From NCBI GenBank assembly GCA_965644265.1, contig OZ286460.1, positions 86,614,001 through 86,678,000 on the forward strand: a DNA stretch of 64,000 bases. The letters are read 5' to 3'. This document shows positions 13,085 through 23,199 of the stretch, piece by piece. Origin of the DNA: Glycera tridactyla. Lineage: Eukaryota. The translations under genes and the position numbers were made by a program. Each line of letters begins with the position of its first letter. Within the stretch, counting starts at the first letter, position 1. The notes below the pieces were generated by a model. The model saw nothing but the letters and a program-made list of their open reading frames with translations. It was not told where the DNA came from and searched no databases.

Positions 13085-13660
13085 TGTAATTTGTCGCTCC
13101 GTACTGGCATTTTCTCATCACGTTGGAAGGTGGTAACAGTGAGTGTCCTTTGTAAAAGTTGCTCTACTTCTGAAGTGAACAATTATGGCCAAATTCTTAT
13201 TTTGCTCAGCTTATGTAAGGTTCTCGAACGGATTAATCACACCCAACAATCATGAAAGATGGGCTCTTATCAAATGGTCAGTTGATTGAACAATTTACCT
13301 CCTTCAGGTACTTTTGGCTTACTCTGAGTGTGAAACTCACCTTTGAGACACATATAAGATCTCCCAGTGTAGGGGAGCGTTATCTCGCATACGGAAATAT
13401 TTATCCGAAGAAGAAGCTTTGCAGATGTATGACACTCATACATACCTTCAATATCTACTGTGACCATGTCTATGCGGGTATGGGGAATATCCAATCTAAT
13501 AGACTTCAGGTGTCGCTGAACAATGCCTGAGAACAGTTGCCATTGTGTTCAGTATGACAGATTCAAAATACTGTAAGCTTAAAGAATACAGCTATACACG
13601 TGTTTCGTGCTAGTTAGAATACTGTTTCACTATCATACATGTTTCTCGAAGTAGTTGGGA
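13085..13660 (+). pseudogene. Internally deleted LINE reverse-transcriptase relic (CR1/L2-like)
   Basis: Track ORFs give GIFSSRWKVVTV...NNYGQILILLSLCKVLER (cf. FPxxWK..NYRPISLLxxxSKVLE), then NGQLIEQFTSFRYFWLTL..KLTFETHI and YCDHVY...RLQVSLNNA (LINE RT C-terminal motifs). Confidence 0.7.
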
Positions 13661-13880
13661 GTGAGCAGTAGTTGCAGCTAACAATCGCCAAAATTTTGTC
13701 ACGGAAACAGGGTCCTGTAGTAGTTGCTGCCTCAGGTCGACCTGGGCGAACTGGGTCCTCTCTGCTTATGTGTAATCTTATTCACCTGCTGCAATACACT
13801 GAACACCATAGTGTATATTGTTGGGCACTGAAAGTATTCTTGATATTATGCTCCGTCAATCTATTAGAACAAACGAGTAG

Positions 13881-15302
13881 GCTAGCTGCCAATGTCTTTT
13901 TTCTGTACCAATAGTATCACTTTCTTATCAATCGTTGTCCTCTGCGCTCATCTCGTTTGTCAATTGAGTTTTTTGTTCCTTTTCATCATCTTTATGGGCA
14001 TATTTCAATGCAGTATATGCAGCATACTGGAATGAAGAGACCACTAATATGTCTCCTGTGAGCTTCTCTCTGATATATTTATATCTATATATCATTATTT
14101 CTAATTGTGAGAAATAGTCTCGTTCAAAATGATTGGTCATACAAAATTGAATAGTTGCCACAAGAGCTGATATAAAATTCGACAATAAAAGACTTATCTC
14201 GAACTTATTGGGCCATTATATGGCCAATCATATGAATATTGAAAAGGTCAGATGGTCTGTAGACATTTACTATTATCTGGCCGGGCTGATTATGGAGGTA
14301 ACAGTATCTTTTTCAAATGCCAGTACAATACGAGGTACATCAAATCAAGGCTCATGCATAAACCCCTCCCAATCGTGAATACTTCTTGGTCCCCTGATGA
14401 CTGTTGAACATATACTTGTATGTTGAGCAAGAAATGAAACGTATATTTCATCCTATTTCGAAGAATGTCTTTGTATGATATTTGAATGGGGTCAGCACTT
14501 AACTAAGTATGATTTGGAGCAGATTCGAGTCCAGCCTATTTGTCCTGTTCACCTGTTTTGGAGTTGAATTGGAATGAATGATCCTTGCTATCTATTCCAA
14601 CTATCAGTTCGAATATGTTATTCACTGAGTGAGAGAAATCCACTTCAGTATAGGTCGACTGTTTGGCCGATGGTGGCATTGGAATTTGAAGACAAATCCA
14701 GCATTTGGCCGATATTAGCTCACCAACCAATATATCTAAAAAAACTTCACCAACACTGGAATACAAAAACAGAACTCCCCAGGTCTAATTGTTGTACGGC
14801 ATAAACATACCGGGAAGCACTCAGTCTTATTGAAAGATTCAATGGATTATCCTCTGCATGTGCCGCATGGTTGTGGCCTGACTATCGAGGGTTCATGTGG
14901 TATCAGCCCAAGTGGTTAGTTGTGGATGCTGGATGTCCTGTCCTCTGCATAAAACCTGGAACACAAGACGATGAGGTGCGGGGATCATTTGTCGAATAGA
15001 AGACAGTTCCGTGGCCAGCCACACCTATTTGGGCCTCACAGCCTGACGAATCTAATGATGCTATATCCAAGTATGTCACATGTTGGAAAGTGACACTCAA
15101 GCCTGATGACATACCTATACCGTGAGGCCAACCTCCTGTATTCAGGAGTCCAACATCTATGCAAGTCCCACAATCAAAGGATGTGCCAGGATTTATTACA
15201 CTATATGAGGCAGGTCCAATGTATCACTATGAATCATTTTGAAAGACTGTGACTCCGTCATACATGAAGCATTAGCAGTCACTGATTATGTACATATATT
15301 AA
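13881..15302 (+). pseudogene. Intronless fossil ORF, ~470 codons, unidentified
   Basis: One frame reads as continuous protein-like text with 12 internal stops (8 TGA, 3 TAG, 1 TAA by hand count) and no frameshift. Confidence 0.5.
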
Positions 15303-15439
15303 TATATCCAAGTTAATAACCTTGATCGAAGTGACATTAAACACATTAAACCTTAAACAGCTCATCATCTTTCCATTGAAGGCACCCCCACTGTTGTCAA
15401 ATGCATCAAGTTTCATCAGCATTACCATTGTTACCATCA

Positions 15440-16740
15440 TTATCAGGAGCAGGAGCAGCAGCAGCAGTAGCTCAGTATCTTCCTAATAAGGACACAGGCT
15501 TTGGTAAATGCTGTAACTTCCATCATCTTCAATTCGAGGGTGTAGATTAATTGTCTCCGATGTAAAGGCCGGGATACATCGTCATCGGATAAAACAATCA
15601 TTTTCCACTGTATGCTTGTATACTTGGGATATCAATCGGCCTCCAGTCCCATGAATTATCAGATTGATTCCACCGTTAGAGGCTTTGTGACTTTCTCACC
15701 TCTAGTTTCAAGCATAGTCACATACTGGCCTGAGGCTGTTTAATAGTCGATATGGAAAGGTACGAATCTTGTATGGTATATTCTGTACACTTCGGATAGG
15801 AGAGTTGACTGCTGAGAGTCTGAGGTCGTAGGCAGTTTACTCTCCGAGCATAATAAATACTTAGCATGAGACATTGAGAGTCCATCAATTCACATGAGTA
15901 TTGATCAACTGTTTTAATGTCAACGTAGGAGAATCACTTCCTTCAATTCGTGTCACATTTCAATCAATATCCATGCCGTCAAGATATTGACTAACAGTAA
16001 GCATAATGAATGACAATATGATTATTGAATTTATATTCAGAGATGAAAGAACAAATATCCAAATCGGATATCCTGTCAGGTTAGAGATGATAATGACTGT
16101 AGTGAAATGTGAATTCAGTGGATAGATAGAATAGAGCTTTTGAAGCGTGATAAGGTCACACAATCATGGACTGACAGCAGAAGACTGATCCAAATATAGC
16201 CGCATTTCTACCATATCATTTCCATCGGTCGATTAAGGTCTTGTGAACGGAATCGGCGCATTACAAGTCTCAGGGGGTCATGTCATTGGACAATCAGGCT
16301 TCGAGACATAATTGGGCATCTCAACAATATGATCGGATTTCTTCGTTGATTGGATCAAGCGGTATATATCATCCCACGGGATTACATAAGCTGAGTGTTC
16401 CAGGTCAGTGAGAGTGCAATTCAGAACTACGCAGATTAACTCAGCATCGAGAGTGTGGCTGCAGTCTCTGCATAATACGCTGGTCTATATCTTCTTGCGT
16501 GTTCTGTGAATTTTTGTGTAGCACGCTCACATGTGCTTTATTTTGATTGCACTCTTGCCGCTGTTTAGTGAATGTCCAGTTACTGATGTATCAAGTCGAC
16601 TGAGGTGTCACTATATGCTGCATGTACATTGGGTGGGCGACAAATCTCATCTCGTTATATTGGTATATAATGTGAGAGAATTTCGTAAACTCCATCATAT
16701 GTCTTGTTTTAGTACTTGACAACGAACATTATCCTACCTG
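15440..16740 (-). pseudogene. Second fossil ORF, convergent with the first, unidentified
   Basis: The frame of track ORF 15960..16163 stays protein-like from ~16740 to ~15730 with mostly TGA stops; an apparent frameshift then leads to ...LIYTLELKMMEVTAFTKACVLIRKILSYCCCCSCS. Confidence 0.35.
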
Positions 16741-16760
16741 TATTACTGTTGGAGATGAGA

Positions 16761-16905
16761 TTTGTTCGTGTTTTTTTTTGTTTGAGTTTAACGTCACTCA
16801 AACCAACTTAGATTATATCGGACTATAAAAAACTGAAAATGCTGAAGAAAAGAGTCACTGTCCCTACTCTTGGCGAAAGACAGCAGTGGATCTCTAACGT
16901 GTGTA
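16761..16905 (-). mobile_element. SINE 3' portion (core plus tail)
   Basis: Minus strand ACACGTTAGAGATCC...CGCCAAGAGTAGGG, which I recall as similar to the Meta-SINE central domain (needs checking), ending GTGACGTTAAACTCAAACAAAAAAAA. Confidence 0.45.
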
Positions 16906-17140
16906 CAGAAAAAGGCTCCTATATACACGGTCGGCCTTTGATATCCCAGTCGGCATGCACTGGACTTTGGAGATGATTTCCGGTTGTGTGATAGTATCAG
17001 GCATTGACTGGACAGGCAGGTCATAGAGGTCGACGACGTGATTGACTGTTCACGAATATTGACTGTTGACGATTGCCATTCATGATTGCCATCCAAGTAT
17101 CCTGGGCATGCAATAGGATGTACAAAACGTACTCACATAA

Positions 17141-17331
17141 TTAGTCCTACGTAGGAGATAGTAAGTCCTACGTAGGAGATAGTTAAGTCCTACGTAGGGG
17201 ATAGTAAGTCCTACGTAGGATATGTGAAAGTCCTACGTAGGAGATAGTAAGTCCTACGTAGGAGATAGTTAAGTCCTACGTAGGAGATAGTAAGTCCTAC
17301 GTAGGAGATAGTAAGTCCTACGTAGGAGATA
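17141..17331. repeat. 21-22 bp minisatellite, 9 copies, each with a 12-bp palindrome
   Basis: Unit TAAGTCCTACGTAGGAGATAG; TCCTACGTAGGA is self-complementary. Confidence 0.95.
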
Positions 17332-18224
17332 CAAAAGTTTTCTCACTTCTTCAATTCGGCACTTCAACGCTTCCATACCTTCTCGCAAATAGGACAATAA
17401 CAATATTATTCCATTTGTTCGGACATGAATATTGGACAGCTAAAAGAATATATATATTTTTAGAGCATGAATCATCAAGGTATCCCGCTCAGTTTCTTTA
17501 TAATCGCAGTGCAGAGTAACAACATGAGGATGGTTTGGCACATATGTTGCCCACACCTATCCGCTGATCAGAACCAATCTTTCATCAATCACCGCGGTAT
17601 TTTGATGCTAACATCATATGATGGGAAAATGGTATCTCCAAATAAATCGCTACTGTCAGGAACCCAGTCTCATATTTGTTCTATGATAGCAAGATGCCAT
17701 TGGGATCTGTCATGGCAATATTTCTATCAATAGGGTGAACGTTCAGCAATTTCGCAATGATCGCGTTCGACGGTTATTGCTGTCACGACTTCCCATATTA
17801 TCCACATGTCAGTGAACAAGTGCTCAAATCAAAGAAAGAATTTTTATTAGTTGAAATTACTTGTTTGAATGTCTTCTCGATATTCTCTTACGTGCCCTCT
17901 GAGATATGGTTTACCTGACATCCGGCCAAACAAGTTGACTGAACCCAGGTTTTTCATGTAAGCTGGAGCATGGACCCTACCGTCACCACTATAGCGCCAT
18001 CTAACGGATCTACCATGAACCTCTTCTGCGGTGCGCATGTGCGCTTCATATTTTCACAACAATTTCCGGGGTTTGATGGGAGGGTCCACCTTTATGAGGG
18101 AGAGACAGGTAGGTATTAACATCCAGGTTGCATAAAAACCTTGGTTTAGTTAATACCGTACCCGTCTCTCCCTCAAATTTAGCATCCAAATATAGCATGG
18201 ATGGTTGGCGAATTGCCCTGTTTA

Positions 18225-19200
18225 TCAAGGAGGCAAAACAATTGTTTGCCCCATTACCAGTGGTCCCGATGAATATAAATCCATTGCCTGACCACAAAGA
18301 TCATGTAAATAAAAGGTAGAGAAAGTGTTCGCTGACCTCCAATATGCTGCTTGCATAATTTCATGCAAGGACGAGTTCCTATCAAACATGCGCCAGGAAG
18401 ATGCCAATTCTCTCACCCCATGCACAGAAACTCTTTCTCCTGATGGAGCCTCATCAGTTTCAATGTGTGCTCTAGAAACAAGAGTTTGGACCCATTTTGA
18501 AATCATGTCCACCCTAATTTCTGATTTATTTGACTGAGCTATAGGAATGAATAACCGTGTCCTATCTCCTCTGGAGTGGGATACCCTTTCTAGGTATTCC
18601 TTCAGAGATCTCACTGGACATAATGTTGCCTCTTTGCTACTACCCTCAGGAGTAGGCAAGGCTGGAATCTGGATGAAAGGGATTTCTTTATCAGGTGGCT
18701 GATTCTTTGCAAAAAAACCTGGCAAAGAAGTTAAGGTGACCTTAGAAAAAGTGTGATTAACCTGATTGCCTGAGGCAAACCAGATAACGGATGTAACTCG
18801 CTCGTCCTTCTACCAGATGCCAATGCAATAAAAAATACTGTCTTTGAAGTTAAAGACTCCAAACTTGCCTGATCAATCAGCTCAAACGGGGATCCCTTTA
18901 AAAACTTCAAAACAAAATGACATGTTGCGAAATAATGACTTGAAGTCATTAGAATCTAAAATGTTTGTCATAATGACAATAGACTGAAACCATGACTGAT
19001 CTATATCCTGTAAGGGTTTCCCTTGATCCCAAAGATGCAAAAAGAAGTCAATGATCATGGCCAGTGATGTGTCGACCGGATCGTCCCTATGGTTCCCACA
19101 CCACTGGTCCCAGATCTCCCATCTAGCATTGTAGACTCTGTTTGTGGACCCCCTGGTTGGCTTTGGGTTTCTATTGACTGCCTCAGCAGAGTAGCCTTTC
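18225..19200 (-). pseudogene. DIRS tyrosine recombinase, frameshifted
   Basis: Track ORFs 18225..18725 and 18731..18949 carry the R..HxxR..Y catalytic motifs. Confidence 0.9.
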
Positions 19201-19225
19201 TCAACAAGGGCATGCCTGATAAACA

Positions 19226-21150
19226 TCAGGTGTGAAAGTTCGGGACTTGAGTCTCCCAATGATTCAGCCTCTTCCCCTTCATCACCTGGGTCAGAACATC
19301 CCTGTGAGTCGGAAACTCCACTGGGCTTGTCACAGACAGTTCCAACAAGTCCAGGAACCAGGCCTGATTTGGCCACCAGGGAGCCACACATATCAGTAGA
19401 AGATCTAAGCTTCTGAGTTTGTTCAATATTTCCCTGATTAATGCGGTTGGAGGAAAGATGTGAGCCATCTGAAATTGATCCCGTGGAATTGACAGTGCAT
19501 CTACTAGGTAAGCCATAGGATTGAGGAAAGGACTGACAAACATCGGAGGTTTTTCTTTGCAAACATCGCCATCAGGTCTATTGTGGGAGACATTTGGAAC
19601 CATTCCAGAATTCTCTGAAATGTCATCACATCCAGTTCACATTCTTTCTGAATAGGTTTGGACCTGGACAGCACGTCTGCCCTGGTATGTGTCTGATCTT
19701 CAGTCTCGTTCCCCGACTCTCCGCAAAAATCAGTATTTGCCACACAAGACCACACAGTAAGGAGCTGTGGGTCCCGCCCTGGTTCTGAATATAGGCCACT
19801 ATTGTGGCATTGTCGGTTAGAACCAGAACAACTCTGTTTGTGATCAGTTCGTGAAATGCTTCCAGAGCCAGCAAAACTGACTCAAACTCTAGGGAGTTTA
19901 TTGATCTCTCCTTGTATGAGAGAGGCCATTCCCCCGATACTTGGTCCCTCATCGTCATGGACATGATGCATGCTCCCCAACCTGTTAGTGATGCATCTGT
20001 TGAGAGAGTCACAGTGGTACACCCTGAAATGTGTTCTCCCTGTGTAGCCACCATTGTAGAATGTCTGTTACCTCCTCTGATAATGAACTCATCATCTTGA
20101 GATCATCTGAGTGAAGGCTCAAAATAGACAAAAAGAACAACTGGATAGGCTTCATATGAAGCCGCCCCGGATGTATGAAGTCGGCGAGACTGGACATGTG
20201 TCTTAAAAGTCTCAATACCGACCTTGGTGGTTGTGTTGGTGGTCTCAAAGAGAGTCTGACACATCCCTCTAGCTTCTCTACCCTCCTCAAGGTAGGCCTG
20301 ACTATTTCTTGAGTTGTATTGAACTCCACGCCTAGGTAGGAGAACTGTTGGCTTGGAACAAGCTCTGATTTCTCCTTGTTCACTATCCAACCTACGCCCA
20401 CCGCCAACTCCAGTCCATAGTGCAGATGATTCAGTAAGATGAATTGGTCTTGATGTCTTATGAGCAAATCATGTACAGGTGGATCTTTATCCCCTTCCTG
20501 TGTAGATGGTGCGACATCTCTCTCAGAACCATCTAAGATCCCCAGTGCCAAACCAAGACTGAAAGGAAGAGCTTTGAACAGATAGGCTAGTTTGTTCGAT
20601 ACCGCAAATTGACACAGCAAATCTTAGAAACTTCTGATAGTCCTTGTGAACTGGTAGATGGAAATTAGCCCAGTGTTCGCGAAACCGCCGTCCCAATAAC
20701 AAAATCCGTCGATGATTGATAGAATCCGCCGATTTTTGCACATGCTGGCGGCCCGGGGATGGACATTCTGATGACAAATACGATTGATGCGAGAGAAATA
20801 ATCAGGTCGCAGATCACTTTTATTGTCAGTCAACTCACGTTGCGAACATCCTTGAGATCGATCAAAACCGACCGATCTCTCGGAAGTACAGATTTCACTA
20901 CGGACCGCACAGTTTCCATCTTGAAAGACAGATTGTACATTTGTTTGTTCAGTTGTTTCAGATTGATTATTAGACGGAAACCTTCTGTTGATTTGAATTT
21001 GAAACTTTGATCGGACGTTGAAGGATAAAGTTAGACCCTTCTCCACTATGGACAGCACAAATCTGTTCTCTGTTATCTGTTGCCATGCTGGCAGAAATTG
21101 TGCCAGCCTGGCTCCCACATGATCTGTGGAAAGAGTGTCGCTCCCCATTC
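19226..21150 (-). pseudogene. DIRS pol (RT, RNase H, methyltransferase-like domain), disrupted
   Basis: Motifs are spread over several frames (ORFs 20624..21277, 20523..20777, 20009..20620, 19626..20054, 19504..19755, 19226..19603). Confidence 0.92.
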
Positions 21151-22667
21151 TAGGGCCGCTGACCACGGCCGCAACCACGCCTCCCAAAAGGCCTCCTCTC
21201 TCCTCTACGGTTCTGAGAGCCTCTATTATACTATTGTTGATTAGTTTAAGGGGGTCCATTGTAGGGTTCAGCTTCATTGTTGGTCAGAAGTGTGATTTGT
21301 CCATATCCCTGACTGAGTATTCAGTAGAGTGGCCCCAGGGGCTTGCTTGTTGATAGCACCCACTACATCACGCACCAAATAATCCAACACGCACCCACAT
21401 CCACACCAAACACCGCAACCTTCGAGTGGTGGGTCGCAACGCCAACAGTCATGATGCAATGCTGGATAGGGCTCTACGTCCAGTTCAGTTTGAGATTGTT
21501 GATATAACAAGAAATTATGGCAGTGGAAGATCGGCGTCATTCCTAACGAGGTGCGTATCGGTAGCCGGGAGGTCCGAGGCCGCAGGCTGAGGGCTTTTAC
21601 GGCTCCCGATACGCACCGAGTATCTTTGTGGGGAAGATGAAGAATGTGATGAGAAACACAATCGTAGATATGCCTGGAATTATTCTCACAAATGACAATT
21701 TCATCAGGTATGTCTGGTGGCAGGTACAGGGGAGACGAATACCTGCTTCTGATTATTCATTAACCTCCCACTCGGTACAGCTATTGCATTCCGTGAATGT
21801 TGCGTCACGTTAGCTCACTTGGATATCATATTCCATGCTGAGACAAAGGCCTCTGGCACCATTCAGAGCCATATTGCTCACAACATCACCGAAGTTATCC
21901 CCCAACTGAATCAATGATCAAAACGAAGCTGATCGCATATGTCCAGTAAACGTTATCTACGCCGACAGGACAGACTTGAAAACATGTGGTTGTGAAGACT
22001 CATGTCTTCATGTTGATTTGAACTTTCAACATGAGACATGATCATCATATCCATGGCGTCAAAGAAAAGAGTGAATGAGAAAAGAGTGAATGTATTTTTG
22101 GAATGTGAAGCTCCAAAGAATCTCACTCATCTTTATCTATGTCCAGTTTTTAAACCAAATTGCCTTAAGGCAAGCCACTCATTTGACGTGCAGCATAATT
22201 ATATGACAGTTCATATATGAGCACGAAACTCACGAGGTTGCATAAGATCATCAACGATTGCGAAGCACGTGATTTGGATTTGATCAGATAACATCAAGTG
22301 TCAGCAGATGGTTCACTATCGCCTGAAGGAAAAAGTGATTTAGAAACAATGATCTCATGTGGTATAAATGTCAGTAGAAGGGAGTGTGATTCTGAGAGGG
22401 GGTCTCGCGTAATGTTGCCAAAACTCTCAGGTCATATGGCCGTCCTTGTAGAGAAGTTGTCTGTATGTGTATGATAAGATATGAAGACTGGGAGTTCGTT
22501 ACCATTATATTTATTCCCATGTCAATCCAGACAATACGGCATCTTGGGGCACTATCAGGATAACATTGGGAACAGTTTACAAAATCGAAATCTGAATTTC
22601 CAGTCGGATGGTTATTCTACATTTCGTATTGCTATCTGTCAGAATTACTCAGATTAAATAGCTTTTA

Positions 22668-22719
22668 CCATGAGGGGACTGATGAGGATCATTGACCGAA
22701 ACTCGGATATAGTCAGTGG
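22668..22719 (+). ncRNA. Hammerhead-ribozyme-like motif (type I topology), stem I disrupted
   Basis: CTGATGA 22679-85, stem II GG..CC, GAAA 22698-701, stem III ACT/AGT, GTC triplet 22712-14. Confidence 0.45.
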
Positions 22720-23159
22720 CAGCTTATATATAGCAGCCTAATTACGACAGGCGTCTGTGATGGTGAAGACACCATCACTGAGACTGCTGACGTCACTCCA
22801 ATGCTGGTGTCACTAGGTAACACCAGGTGCCACTAGCAAGGTGATGGCGTCACCTATATATATATATATATATGGGTATGTGTCATAAGAAACTGGTTGG
22901 CAAGACGAAGTAATGATTTTAGCCAACTATGTTACATCGTTCATAAGAGTTCTTATCTGTTGACCAACCATCGACCAAAACAGTTCCTAATAATCCAAGC
23001 CGAATTAAAGCCGAAATAAAGTGAATGAACAAGAATCTCTAGAAACAGAATAATTCTCTGAGAAAATCACCAGAAGCCTATTTATGCTTTATTCGAATAA
23101 CGAGGGCCAGTTTCCATGCTGGCCTGGTTGCTCATATGGCGGTACGCATGTACAAATAA

Positions 23160-23199
23160 CCACCCGATGAAGGACGCAGTAGTCTGAAAGATCTTATGG
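23160..23199 (+). ncRNA. Decayed minimal hammerhead-like motif (Penelope-type)
   Basis: CCAC-CCGATGA-AGGACGCAGTAGTCT-GAA-AGATCT-T-ATGG; palindromic 6-nt stem III, core U4 changed to C. Confidence 0.35.

Larger units (their letters stand above)
17941..21400 (-). mobile_element. DIRS1-like retrotransposon, 5'-truncated and mutated
   Basis: In element order: RG-rich gag tail, VGARLAQFLPAWQQIT pol start, RT, RNase H (TDASLTGWGA..INSLEFESV..VLTDNAT..YIQNQGGTHS), MT domain (DALS..FPP..APWWPNQAWF), YR (LASGRRTSEL, LCPVRSL, HGVR, FSTFYLHD), ICR at 18095-18187 and partial right ITR at 17941-18056. Confidence 0.95.
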
